A stretch of DNA of 64,000 nt from Candidatus Bathyarchaeota archaeon (GTDB lineage: Archaea; Thermoproteota; Bathyarchaeia; Bathyarchaeales; Bathycorpusculaceae), in the NCBI GenBank assembly GCA_963782525.1, contig CAWAKC010000007.1, forward strand, positions 192,001 through 256,000. The letters run 5' to 3'. The first letter of the stretch is position 1. Each line of letters starts with the position of its first letter. Below are positions 10,602 through 20,892 of the stretch, in pieces. The notes beneath the pieces were generated by a model. It did not search any database, had not been told where the DNA came from, and saw only the letters and a list, made by a program, of their open reading frames with translations. A program made the position numbers and the translations under genes.

Positions 10602-11147
10602 TTAATTTCCTCCTTCATTAAATTTTGAGGTCATTACTTTGAGGTTTACAGCCCAATCTTCTAGGCTTGCGTTGGGGAAAGACCAGCTTGCGTGTACATG
10701 ATAGAGGTTGTCGATAGTCATGGTCTTTAGGTCGGGTGCGAAGTGCTTGAGCCCCGAGAGGATAAGCGCTTCCATATAGTAGGGTAAGCCAACGAATATG
10801 ACAAGGTCAGGGTGTCCTTTGCCGTCGAGTCCTTGCCATGTTGGGTCAACGACTCTCTGGCCTATGTCCATTGCGGTCATGAAGCTTGCGGGAGTGTACC
10901 CTCGTTTTATGAATTCACCGACCATGTGGGCTGTTGCTACTACTGGAACTTTAGAGGCGTTAGCGAAATCGATTAGATAATCGATTAGTTGTCGTCCATC
11001 CATCCAGCGTTCAGTGGCGTTGCTCCCCACAATAAGGAGGGGGCGAGCGGCTCTTTTGATCATTGCTACTGCTATCTCGGGCTTTTGGATTGGGTTTGCT
11101 TTTTTAGTTGCAGCTATTTCTGCACATTGCCATGGTTCACACGACAT
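10602..11147 (-). CDS. cdhB: ACDS complex epsilon subunit
   Basis: AMIKRAARPLLIVG, WQGLDGKG, LSGLKHF, ASWSFPN; lies between alpha and beta. Confidence 0.93.
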   Translation of the reverse strand: MSCEPWQCAEIAATKKANPIQKPEIAVAMIKRAARPLLIVGSNATERWMDGRQLIDYLIDFANASKVPVVATAHMVGEFIKRGYTPASFMTAMDIGQRVVDPTWQGLDGKGHPDLVIFVGLPYYMEALILSGLKHFAPDLKTMTIDNLYHVHASWSFPNASLEDWAVNLKVMTSKFNEGGN

Positions 11148-11153
11148 TCATAA

Positions 11154-13502
11154 TCACTCCTTAATTTTCCTGATCATTCTTGGAAGCATTGTCGGGTCAG
11201 GAATTATTGATTCCTTCCATCCTTTTGCTTTCAGAATTTCATTGATTTCATCTTTCATGGTTATGGGTATGTCAGCTGTTGTTCGAACGAACATGTCGAT
11301 GTCTGGAGGCATTACGCCGTAGTGACGCTTGTGTAAGTCGATATAGTGTGTTAGTTTTCCCATGCGCCCTTTCCATGTGTCGTTGGGTCTTAGGCATAAC
11401 TTTGCAATTTGGACCATTGCTTCTTGCGGGGTTTCGACTGTTTGGAAGAGATGTTCTGGTGTGGGACCGACGTTTACTTTATCGCCTGTACGTGCATCGT
11501 AAACTTCCCAGTTTTCAGGTTTATCTGATCTACCCATTAGCATACGACGGTATTTGCTACCGTGTGGACCAACGAGTACTGGAACGCCTAAACTCCAGAA
11601 GCCTGCTGCAATTGATGCTGCTTTTTGTGAATATGCACCCCAAGCTAAACCGACTGCGCCCACACGGTTGTGTATGTAGTCAGCGATTTCTTCATAGTTT
11701 CCTCGTAGGTTGCGTTTGGCGAAGATGTTTGCTACTTTGATTGCTGCGCCTGCGATGTGTGGGTTAGAAACGCATGATCCGACATTTAGTACACCGCCAG
11801 CTTCGAAGCCGCCTGGGAATTCTTCGTAGAGTGTCTTGCCTTCGTCATTTTTGTAGGAACCAGCAGACATAGCTGAGCAACCAGAAGTCACTACGATGTA
11901 TCGTCGTGAAGCGAATTCTCTACAGATATCATATACGTCTTTACCTCCATGTGGATAGTTAGCGCAACCGACTAATGCAACAATTCCCGGAATTTCACCT
12001 AGTACGATTGGACCACCGACACTCCTGATTTCAACATCTGACACAGCACCTCTTCCTGAGCGACAGAAGTTCGTTTCTTCGAGCATTTTCTTCTCGCCGA
12101 CTTTCAGTATGAAGCTGTGGATTTCTAGTTTCACAGGGCAAGCTTGTTCGCATCTTCCACATCCAATGCATTCCTCATATAACGCAGCAAGTTTAGAGTA
12201 ATCACCTTCAGCAGCCGCCTTCACTGCAGGTTCAATGCTAAGGTCTTGAGGGCAACTTCTTTGACACATGTTGCAGTGACGACATTTCTTTGCGAGTTCC
12301 TTGATTTGCGCTAATTCTGGAAGTGACTTCATTTTTTTGCGGATTGGAGCAATTTTTTGCGCTACTCTTACAGCAACTTCGCCGACTTTATCAGGGTCAA
12401 GAATTAGAACGCCTGCCACTTTGCCGCTAACGAGGTCTTCAACAATTTGGTCTGCAGGATCGTTTGTGCGGTCTTTGTAACCTATACAGTTTTTCTCTGA
12501 CGCGGCAATGACGGGAGCTTTAACACGTTCAGCCTCGAGTGAAGCATCTGTGCGTACACATTGTTCGTCTAGAACCACGACGTCTGCAAATCCGCCGCGT
12601 ATGAATCGAAGTTCCCACGAAATTGGTCCAACGATTTTTCCGCGGTCGAAATATCTTGTATTGTCAATGGCAGTGCAACATAAGCCAACTACTTCCATTT
12701 TATCGTCAAGTTTGTGGTCTTTCATGTAATCAATAATTCCGACTGAAGGCACGACGTTGTGACCAATGCACATGATAACTGGTTTCTTTTGATCAACTGT
12801 TCCAATACCCATCTGGATCAGTGGAGCTTCAGGATCTGCCTTTGGGAAGCCGAGAGTTGAAATCTGAGCAAGATCTGCTATTTCCATGCCTACTTGGTCC
12901 ATTCTACCTGCATGAAATGCTTTGGATTCAAAATCTAAATTATTTGATTCTTGGCCTGTATGTGCAGCAGAAACTAGATGGGTAATTTGTGATTCAGTGT
13001 ATGATAAAATATCGTCTAAGTCGCCAAGGGTCTCAGGTTTTACTCCGGTGATAAGCCTTGTACATGGCGCTTCAACTTTAACGTTTAATCCTCCCACATC
13101 GAGTGGAAACCTTCGACCGTATTTTTCAATTAAATGGTCAACAACATGCCGAGCGTGACCGTTATGGGTTGCAGCGCCAATACAACAAGCGATAAGCACA
13201 ATACGAGATGACTGAGCTGCAATGTCGAGTCCACATGCACCGCGTTTCCCAGCAGTCAAGTCACATTTTCCGTATGTACAAAGGCAGCATAGGTCGCAAT
13301 CAGGCATGTAGAAGGGCTTGTACTTGTTGAGCAGCATCATGTCCCAATCTCGCAGGGTAGTTATGTGGGGCATTGGAGTTGGACCCATTGGTTCAGTCCA
13401 GTTATCGTTGACAACTTTGCCAATGGATAATTCAAGATTTTTAATAAGACCACTACTGGTCTTCATTTCGTCTATTTTTACATGGACGTTTTTACTAGTC
13501 AA
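11154..13502 (-). CDS. cdhA: ACDS complex alpha subunit (CO dehydrogenase)
   Basis: MGPTPMP, CDLCCLCTYGKC, IGHNV, CCT, two ferredoxin CxxCxxCxxxCP motifs, GSCVSN. Confidence 0.97.
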   Translation of the reverse strand: MTSKNVHVKIDEMKTSSGLIKNLELSIGKVVNDNWTEPMGPTPMPHITTLRDWDMMLLNKYKPFYMPDCDLCCLCTYGKCDLTAGKRGACGLDIAAQSSRIVLIACCIGAATHNGHARHVVDHLIEKYGRRFPLDVGGLNVKVEAPCTRLITGVKPETLGDLDDILSYTESQITHLVSAAHTGQESNNLDFESKAFHAGRMDQVGMEIADLAQISTLGFPKADPEAPLIQMGIGTVDQKKPVIMCIGHNVVPSVGIIDYMKDHKLDDKMEVVGLCCTAIDNTRYFDRGKIVGPISWELRFIRGGFADVVVLDEQCVRTDASLEAERVKAPVIAASEKNCIGYKDRTNDPADQIVEDLVSGKVAGVLILDPDKVGEVAVRVAQKIAPIRKKMKSLPELAQIKELAKKCRHCNMCQRSCPQDLSIEPAVKAAAEGDYSKLAALYEECIGCGRCEQACPVKLEIHSFILKVGEKKMLEETNFCRSGRGAVSDVEIRSVGGPIVLGEIPGIVALVGCANYPHGGKDVYDICREFASRRYIVVTSGCSAMSAGSYKNDEGKTLYEEFPGGFEAGGVLNVGSCVSNPHIAGAAIKVANIFAKRNLRGNYEEIADYIHNRVGAVGLAWGAYSQKAASIAAGFWSLGVPVLVGPHGSKYRRMLMGRSDKPENWEVYDARTGDKVNVGPTPEHLFQTVETPQEAMVQIAKLCLRPNDTWKGRMGKLTHYIDLHKRHYGVMPPDIDMFVRTTADIPITMKDEINEILKAKGWKESIIPDPTMLPRMIRKIKE

Positions 13503-13637
13503 AGTGTAAACCTCTGTAAAGGTTTATGTCTATGCTGCAATACAGACCTTTTAAACCTTTCCTGATTTTTTCGGCAAAAGTCACGATACCGTTACAGATA
13601 TGCAAGATTTCCTAAAATTACGTAAAAGATTGGGGGA

Positions 13638-14411
13638 TTATAAATAACCCAAGGATTTGAGGATGTTCTTTACCGAAAGGAACGCTTTGTTGTCTTTTGA
13701 GAGCTCAAGGAGGGATTTTCCATCCAAAACATACCCATCTAACTCGTCATCAGCCTCGATTTTGCCCAAATACTTGAATTTTAAGTCAGCTTCAGCTTGC
13801 TTGCCCAGTTCAGCCGGGAAACGGTAGCCGCCAACTATGTAAAAGTTTTCGAACTGCATGTCAACTTCTTTAGCTATTTTGTAAGCACGTCTGACATGAT
13901 CTTGAGACTTCTTTGAATGATCCAATATGTCGAATACATCGTTAACGTTTGAGGTTATGCGTCGGTTGAGGTTTTCGAGCCCAGCCGGGGAATCTATTAG
14001 TACATACTTATAGGTTTTAGTCAGGTTTTCCAGAGCACCTTTTAGTGCAGAGTTGGGCATGCAGTAGCACCCTTCCACCCATTTCGTCCCTACAGCCATA
14101 AAATCGAAGTTTTTGCTTTCATAGAGCCCGTTTTCCCAAATCCGGCTTTCAATGCGTTGGGTTGGTGGAACTCCAACTGTGGTGCCGCCGCCTTTGATAA
14201 AGGTGCTCACTATGAGGTCGGCTATGGTCGATTTACCCGCTTCTTTGAGGTCTACCCCAAGCATCTCCGCAAGGTTCTGGTCAGGATCAGCATCAACCAA
14301 AAGTATCGGGGCTTGATTAGCTTCAATGAAGGCTTTTGCCATAAGAGCGGTGAAGCTGGATTTCCCTGTTCCACCGCGACCAATAGTAACCAAAGTTTTC
14401 ATACAAAACAA
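13638..14411 (-). CDS. cooC: CooC-like Ni-insertion ATPase
   Basis: GRGGTGKS, VDADPD.NL, EGCYC, DSPAGLE; directly upstream of cdhA. Confidence 0.85.
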   Translation of the reverse strand: MFCMKTLVTIGRGGTGKSSFTALMAKAFIEANQAPILLVDADPDQNLAEMLGVDLKEAGKSTIADLIVSTFIKGGGTTVGVPPTQRIESRIWENGLYESKNFDFMAVGTKWVEGCYCMPNSALKGALENLTKTYKYVLIDSPAGLENLNRRITSNVNDVFDILDHSKKSQDHVRRAYKIAKEVDMQFENFYIVGGYRFPAELGKQAEADLKFKYLGKIEADDELDGYVLDGKSLLELSKDNKAFLSVKNILKSLGYL

Positions 14412-14620
14412 CCTCGTGCTTGTGCTGTTTTCTTAATCAACGCTCGCATATATTGTCTATGGTCTTAATTGGTGCGTTTCGTTATTTTTAACCCTTCAAA
14501 ATTATTTTTTTTAATGAAGAAGAGGTAGGAACCAAAGAAGTTTTAAATCTCGGATAAGATTATTGAATACTGGAGAAATAATCGCTAATTTTACAGAACT
14601 TCCACAATGGAGGTGATTTT

Positions 14621-14905
14621 ATGTTATATGAAGCTACACATTCTCATCCAGCAGCACAATGCCCGCTCCTAAGTGCTGAAGGAAAAGCCATGCTCAAGCA
14701 GCTTTTCTCAGAGCAGAATATAAAAAATGCTGGAATAAACTTGACCGCTGCCTACATGAGTTGCCCCCAAGACACGGCTGTGGACCACAAAGGTTTCTTT
14801 ACAATAGAAGCCCAAAGCCCTGAAGCAGTCAAAAAATTCTTCGGCTCAATGACAACTGAAGTAAGGCCAGTTAAACAGTTAAGTGAAGTTGCAAAAACTT
14901 TGTAG
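14621..14905 (+). CDS. Small hypothetical protein (ferredoxin-like fold, His/Cys-containing)
   Basis: GGAGGTGA Shine-Dalgarno, H.HP...CP N-terminus, downstream T-rich tract. Confidence 0.7.
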   Translation: MLYEATHSHPAAQCPLLSAEGKAMLKQLFSEQNIKNAGINLTAAYMSCPQDTAVDHKGFFTIEAQSPEAVKKFFGSMTTEVRPVKQLSEVAKTL

Positions 14906-15093
14906 TTAACGATTTTTCTATCCTTTCAGCAACACTACTTTTTCTAATATGCCTATAAAAGTATAAAATGAAACGAGAGATAAGAAAATATTGCCAATTA
15001 TCCGTAATAACAAAATTAGTTCAATATCCTAAAAAATCTGTGCTAAGAATACCAGCTAGGAGACATTAATGCAAATAATTTTCACTATTGAAA

Positions 15094-15537
15094 TTAAAGA
15101 ATGCCTAAAATGTGTATTAGCGCACCGTTGATTATAGATACTACCCAAATGACGAAGATCGGGGTCATCCATTTTCTCCACCTTACGCAACCCAATTTTG
15201 CTGGTCCTCCACACAACCATACTGCAATCAAAATAATCCCCAACGCCTCGGCGGCTGTGCCCAAAACTACGTGTGACCAAACGGTCACTGAAGCAAATAG
15301 AGAAAGCCCGCCAAGTTCGCTCAAACCATTTGTGAAGGTTGGAACCATGACTAAAAATATTAGAGCAGTATGCAAGGTAAGTGCAATAACAGTCGAGTAC
15401 CCATGCAATATAAAATTCTTCCTATTGCTTGGGCCCCTAAAAAACGGCAGACCCAATATCAACAAAAACAAAATCACAATCTGAAGTGATAAACTTACGT
15501 TACCAACAGGATCTAACGCTACAAAAGAAAACAACAA
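15094..15537 (-). CDS. 4-TM membrane protein with His residues (DUF420/cytochrome b561-like)
   Basis: Four hydrophobic helices with HG, LH and HVVLG histidines. Confidence 0.65.
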   Translation of the reverse strand: MLFSFVALDPVGNVSLSLQIVILFLLILGLPFFRGPSNRKNFILHGYSTVIALTLHTALIFLVMVPTFTNGLSELGGLSLFASVTVWSHVVLGTAAEALGIILIAVWLCGGPAKLGCVRWRKWMTPIFVIWVVSIINGALIHILGIL

Positions 15538-15643
15538 CTCGCACCAACCGTTTTAAAGCTATCACTGAATAGGATTAATGCTTAATTTATTTTAGTTTCG
15601 GAATTAACTAATATCGTAGCCTGAACTTCTAATAATATTAGAA

Positions 15644-18067
15644 TTGATTATTATGGACAATAATCAAAGTCCTGACGACTTCAATGCTCTAACAATAGAT
15701 GAAACTTTGAGCCGATTGCAGATTAATCCAGCGACAGGTTTAACCCAAACAGAAGTAAAACAAAGAATTGAACGATATGGCCCTAACGCAGTAGAAGAAA
15801 AGCAGCAGAATCCAGCAATTGCTTTTTTGAAACGTTTTTGGGGTCTGACCGCTTGGATGCTTGAAATAGCAATTATAATATCACTTATTTTAGGTAATTA
15901 TTTAGATTTATACATAATAACGGCTTTACTGCTTGTAAATGCGCTTTTAGGATTTTTTCAGGAACAACAAGCAACAAGAGCTGTAAAAGCACTCAAACAG
16001 AAGCTGCAACTGCAAGCAAGAGTGTTAAGAGATGGATTATGGTCAACAATTTATGCAGAAGAGTTGGTTCCTGGTGACATTATTCGCATAAGGTCGGGTG
16101 ATCTCGTACCCTCAGATCTTAAAATCATTGATGCCGAGATCTCTGTAGATCAATCTGCAATAACTGGAGAATCTATGCCTCTGGAAAAGAAAAAAAGTGA
16201 TCTCATATTTTCCGGTTCTATGATACGAAAGGGTGAAGCCACAGGCGTAGTGACTTCTACAGGTGCTCACACATATTTTGGCAAAACAACTCAATTGGTT
16301 CAGCTAGCCAAACCAAAATTGCACATGGAAACAGTCATCGCTGGATTGATGAAGTGGCTTCTAGTCTTAGTTGTTAGTTTGCTTGCTATTGCCTTTGTCG
16401 TATCATGGATACGTGGAATAAACTTGTTAGTTATGTTATCTTTAGCGTTAATTTTATTGGTGTCAGCAATTCCAGTTGCCCTGCCCACAATGTTCACCAT
16501 TACAATGGCGCTTGGATCTCAAGAACTCGTAAAGAAAGGAGTCTTAGTTACACGCCTTAGCGCATCTGAAGACGCTGCTCTCATGGATGTTTTATGCGTG
16601 GACAAAACAGGTACACTGACCATGAATATGCTAAAGATAGCTGATGTCGTGGAAATTAATGGCCACACAAAAGAGGACGTTATATTATTTGGCGCTTTAG
16701 CATCTCAAAAAGCAAACCAAGATCCTATAGACATAGCGTTCTTAGCAGCAGCCCAAGAAAAAAACCTGTCTTTAAATGATTATACCCAAAAAATGTTTAT
16801 CCCGTTTGATCCAACAACCAGAAGAACAGAGGCAATACTAGAGAAAAATGGACATGAACTACGTGTCACCAAAGGAGCTGCGGCAGTAATAGCCCCGATG
16901 TCTGGGATTTACGGAAAGGAATTTGCGGAGTTAGAAACAAAAATGGAGAACTTCGCGAGCAAGGGATACCGAATTATTGCAGTCGCCGTAAGTCAAGAAG
17001 CGAAAATGCAACTTGCCGGTTTAGTAGCACTCTACGATCAACCTAGACCTGATTCTGCAAGCATTATAGCAAAACTTCGAGCGTTAGGAATATCCGTTAA
17101 AATGCTTACGGGAGATTCTTTACCGATTGCAAAACAGGTGGCCGAAGAGGTACATTTAGGTAACAAGATAGCACGAGCTCCTGAAATCAAAGAAAAGGTA
17201 AACAAAGATGCAATTGATGCAACAGAGATAGTTGAAAAAAGCGATGGCTTCGCTGAAATTTATCCGGAAGGGAAATACCAAATAGTAAAAGCTCTGCAGT
17301 CCAGAAAACATGTGGTTGGGATGACGGGAGATGGCATAAATGATGCCCCTGCCCTAAAACAAGCGGAAGTCGGAATCGCCGTAAGTAATGCAACCGATGT
17401 GGCCAAGGGTGCAGCAAGCGTAGTTCTAACTGAACCAGGATTAACAAACATTCTAAGTCTTGTAATATCCGGAAGAATGATTTATCAAAGAATTCTAACG
17501 TGGATATTTAATAAAATTGTAAAGACATTCCAAGTAGTAGTATTTGTCGTCTTGGCCTTTCTTTTTACTGGACTATTCGTTGTCAACGCCTTTCAGGTTG
17601 TATTATTACTTTTCTTAGTTGATTTTGTAACTATTTCGCTTGCTACTGATAATACAAGAGCTTCAGAAAACCCTGAAACTTGGAATATAGCTTCGCTTCT
17701 TAAAGCGTCGATTATCTTAGGCATATTTATTGTTGTTGAATCCTTTGGACTGCTATACTTAGGCCTAACATACTTGAATCTTTCAGATACTGCTCAATTA
17801 AACACGTTTGTCTTTGACATTTTGTTATTTGGCGGGTTATTTACAATTTTTGTGGTACGAGAGAGAGATAACTTCTGGAAATCAAAACCAAGTAAGCCGC
17901 TTCTTCTTGCGATTATTGTCGATATAATACTCTCCTCGGTAATATCTGCGGTCGGTATCCCGGGACTTACGCCAATACCGCTACTTTACGTTATGATTGT
18001 TTTAGGCTGGTTCTTCATTTTTGGGATTTTGGTAAATGATCAAATAAAAAAGCTATTGATGCATTAA
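15644..18067 (+). CDS. Plasma-membrane proton-efflux P-type ATPase (type IIIA)
   Basis: TGES, IPVALP, DKTGTLT, PFDP...[20 protein letters not shown]. Confidence 0.92.
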   Translation: MIIMDNNQSPDDFNALTIDETLSRLQINPATGLTQTEVKQRIERYGPNAVEEKQQNPAIAFLKRFWGLTAWMLEIAIIISLILGNYLDLYIITALLLVNALLGFFQEQQATRAVKALKQKLQLQARVLRDGLWSTIYAEELVPGDIIRIRSGDLVPSDLKIIDAEISVDQSAITGESMPLEKKKSDLIFSGSMIRKGEATGVVTSTGAHTYFGKTTQLVQLAKPKLHMETVIAGLMKWLLVLVVSLLAIAFVVSWIRGINLLVMLSLALILLVSAIPVALPTMFTITMALGSQELVKKGVLVTRLSASEDAALMDVLCVDKTGTLTMNMLKIADVVEINGHTKEDVILFGALASQKANQDPIDIAFLAAAQEKNLSLNDYTQKMFIPFDPTTRRTEAILEKNGHELRVTKGAAAVIAPMSGIYGKEFAELETKMENFASKGYRIIAVAVSQEAKMQLAGLVALYDQPRPDSASIIAKLRALGISVKMLTGDSLPIAKQVAEEVHLGNKIARAPEIKEKVNKDAIDATEIVEKSDGFAEIYPEGKYQIVKALQSRKHVVGMTGDGINDAPALKQAEVGIAVSNATDVAKGAASVVLTEPGLTNILSLVISGRMIYQRILTWIFNKIVKTFQVVVFVVLAFLFTGLFVVNAFQVVLLLFLVDFVTISLATDNTRASENPETWNIASLLKASIILGIFIVVESFGLLYLGLTYLNLSDTAQLNTFVFDILLFGGLFTIFVVRERDNFWKSKPSKPLLLAIIVDIILSSVISAVGIPGLTPIPLLYVMIVLGWFFIFGILVNDQIKKLLMH

Positions 18068-18105
18068 GTTGTTTCAGCCTTTCAAGACAACAGTTACTGC
18101 CGGCG

Positions 18106-18591
18106 TCAAGTATGTTTTACTTCAAAGGAGTAAGTTATCAGTGCAACTTTTTTAAGCATGGCGCCTACAGAGCAATACGTTTCCATCGATAGTTCTATTG
18201 CCCGTTTTGCCGCCTCTTCAGTAACATTTTCGCCCTTGATAATATAATTCAAGTGGATTTTTGTAAAAATCTTAGGAGGAGGATCTTCTCTCCTTTCAGC
18301 CGTCGCCTCAACTGAGAAGCCGGTGATTATTTGTCGCTTCTTTTTTAAAATTATTAATACGTCATAGCTACTGCAAGCTGCTAAACTGGCAAGCACATTT
18401 TCCATTGGCGTTAAAGCTGTTTCCTCGCCCCCAAATTCAGGTGAAGCATCGAATCTCACTGACAGCCCTTTTTCGTTTTTCGCTATTAACTGAAAATTTC
18501 GTTCCCATTCAAGCACCATTTTCTTTGTAGACGTCATAATTTTTAATAAAGTTGCCCGGTATATTAGTATTTTAATCTGTGAAACATACAA
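18106..18591 (-). CDS. OsmC/YhfA-family protein
   Basis: PME..LASLAACS and YCSV; real start is probably the ATG at about 18537. Confidence 0.85.
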   Translation of the reverse strand: MYVSQIKILIYRATLLKIMTSTKKMVLEWERNFQLIAKNEKGLSVRFDASPEFGGEETALTPMENVLASLAACSSYDVLIILKKKRQIITGFSVEATAERREDPPPKIFTKIHLNYIIKGENVTEEAAKRAIELSMETYCSVGAMLKKVALITYSFEVKHT

Positions 18592-18663
18592 TCCATATAG
18601 AATTAACTATCGATAGCTACATTTTTAACAGTCTATTTACTTTATAATATTTGAGATGGTTTT

Positions 18664-19407
18664 ATGGCTAATTTGATAGATAAAATAGCTATTGTTACTG
18701 GAGCGGGTCATGGCATAGGAAAAGGAATTGCTATGGAACTGGCTCGCAATGGGGCTGATGTAGTTGTTACAGACCTCTCGGATGAAATTTTTAATGTTGG
18801 TAAAGAGCTTGAATCATTCGGTTCAAAAGCATACCCTGTAAAATGTGATGTTACAGACCTTAAAGAAGCACAAACAATAGAGGAAAAAATTGTAGACAAA
18901 TATGAACGCATAGACATACTAGTAAATAATGCTGGAATTTACCCTCAAAAATCATTTCTTGAAATGACAAATGAAGATTGGAGCAAAGTACTAAACGTAA
19001 ACTTAAACGGTGTCTTCCATTGCACTAAGGCGGTAGCCCCAAAGATGGTGCAACAAAAATATGGTAAAATAATAAACATCGCCTCAATCGCTGGAGCCGT
19101 TGTAGGATATGTAAATTTGGCTCATTACTCAGCAAGCAAAGCAGCCATCGCAGGCTTCACCAAATCATTAGCCTTAGAAATGGCTCCTTATGGAATTAAC
19201 GTAAATGCCATTGCACCCGGAGCAATAGATGTAGGCTCCATACCTGCTGGTTCGGAGATGCTCCAACAAGTAATAAAAACTATTCCCATAGGCAGAATGG
19301 GACTTCCATCGGACATAGCAAACTTGGCGGTTTTCTTGGCAAGCGATGAATCAAACTACATAACAGGCCAATGCATAGTATGTGATGGCGGATACACAAT
19401 TCCATAG
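18664..19407 (+). CDS. SDR-family oxidoreductase (FabG-like)
   Basis: TGAGHGIG, NNAGI, YSASK, NAIAPG. Confidence 0.92.
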   Translation: MANLIDKIAIVTGAGHGIGKGIAMELARNGADVVVTDLSDEIFNVGKELESFGSKAYPVKCDVTDLKEAQTIEEKIVDKYERIDILVNNAGIYPQKSFLEMTNEDWSKVLNVNLNGVFHCTKAVAPKMVQQKYGKIINIASIAGAVVGYVNLAHYSASKAAIAGFTKSLALEMAPYGINVNAIAPGAIDVGSIPAGSEMLQQVIKTIPIGRMGLPSDIANLAVFLASDESNYITGQCIVCDGGYTIP

Positions 19408-19559
19408 AATGTTCTAATAAAGAGATGCCGTTCTGCTCTGACCTGCGCCTAAATCCAAAAAATTCCATGCAAAAACAGGGACTTGCTTTATCTTCAATGT
19501 TATCGTGCCTTTACATTGGCGAGATTTTTATTACTAATGGTAAGAGTTAAATATCTTTG

Positions 19560-19591
19560 CAGTAACACTTTTTGTTGTAATAGTGTTACTG
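19560..19591. promoter_or_regulatory. Perfect 10-bp inverted repeat with NikR-like architecture (GTAACA-N16-TGTTAC)
   Basis: CAGTAACACT-N12-AGTGTTACTG between a TTAAATA box (19547-19553) and the ATG at 19606. Confidence 0.7.
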
Positions 19592-19605
19592 AAAAGGTAT
19601 TGTAT

Positions 19606-20200
19606 ATGACTTACTTTAATAGTCGAGATATAGCTGCAATAGCGATGTGCGCAGCACTATGGGGGCGTACTTAATTCGATTTTCTCACCAATAGTTTTCA
19701 GTATAACACATCTTCCCATACTCTGCGATTTAATCGGATTCACGATCCTGACGGTAGCCGCTTGGTGGATAAGAAAATTCGGTGCTATAACCGCTATCGG
19801 ATTTATAGCCACCATCATAAACTTCATATTTAACCCCCAAGCCCTTACATTCTTAGGTTTTACAGCCGCTGCCTTCGTATTCGACTTAATATTAGCACTT
19901 GTTGGGTTCAACAACTTTTTCAAGAGAGCATTAAACACAACTATCATAGCAACTATCATCTCAACCCTTTCAGCTGCCATTGCTGGGTTCATTATAGGCT
20001 CGTTTTTCATGGCTACCCCAGCATTGTCGCTTTGGGGTGGCGTGTCTGGTTGGGCAGGATTGCACGCCGTGGGCGGTATAGTCGGTGGAGCAGTGGGGGC
20101 CACTCTAGTTGCATCTCTAAATTCCCGAAAAATTATGGGCAATGGTCAAATGATTCATGAACAAAAAAAGAGTTTGTCTTCAGGCGGTTGCGTTAAATGA
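19606..20200 (+). pseudogene. Frameshifted multi-TM protein resembling an ECF transporter S-component
   Basis: MTYFNSRDIAAIAMCAALWG joins VLNSIFSP...CDLIGF...RKFGAITAIG...FD and the 20009-20200 ORF if one G is removed from the G5 run at 19661-19665. Confidence 0.7.
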
Positions 20201-20823
20201 GTCGCCAAGAATATTTTAATCAACTCGCTGACTCTTGGGATAAACGTTTCCAGACTGAGCCGCTGTCAACTTTCTTAGAGCAGTTCGTTCCAACGTTCGG
20301 TTTATTGCTTGGACAAAAAGTTTTAGACGCGGGCACTGGAACAGGCGTACTGATTCCCTTCTTGCTTAAAGCCGTTGGACCAACAGGACAAGTTTCAGCG
20401 ATTGACTACGCCGAGAAAATGGTCAAAATATGCAAAGCGAAATACGCGCATCTCCCGAACGTCACCGTTACTGTTCAGCAAGTTGAAACGCTCAATTTTG
20501 CACCCCAGACTTTTAACGCTGTCACCTGTTTCGGTTTGTTTCCTCACTTGGAAAACAAAGAAGAAGCGCTACGACAATTTAATCGCATACTGAAAACAAA
20601 CGGCAAACTCATCATAGCTCACGCTCTTAGCAGTAGGGAAATAAAAGCACATCACCATAACGCATCATCAGTAGTTGCCAACGATATACTACCAACCGCT
20701 ACAATAATGAAAAAGTTGTTGAAACAAGCTGGCTTCGAGAAAATCAATATTATTGACAAACCAGGTCAGTACTTCAATCTTTCAATAAAAGCAAATAAAG
20801 CTATTGGGACGACAGATGAATGA
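20197..20823 (+). CDS. Class I SAM-dependent methyltransferase
   Basis: YFNQLADSWD, VLDAGTGTG, FPH, LIIAH. Confidence 0.88.
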   Translation: MSRQEYFNQLADSWDKRFQTEPLSTFLEQFVPTFGLLLGQKVLDAGTGTGVLIPFLLKAVGPTGQVSAIDYAEKMVKICKAKYAHLPNVTVTVQQVETLNFAPQTFNAVTCFGLFPHLENKEEALRQFNRILKTNGKLIIAHALSSREIKAHHHNASSVVANDILPTATIMKKLLKQAGFEKINIIDKPGQYFNLSIKANKAIGTTDE

Positions 20824-20892
20824 GCGGGATGGTCTCATTGTGATTTGCCCCATTTGTTTTAATATGACTTTGGTGGGTATTTCTTAAATAAG

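Noticed and set aside
246-13509. Many plus-strand ORFs antisense to the pur and cdh genes, and similar shadow ORFs elsewhere such as 19657-20142, 31055-31456 and 43693-44217
   Set aside because: They overlap well-supported genes on the opposite strand and show no recognisable motifs
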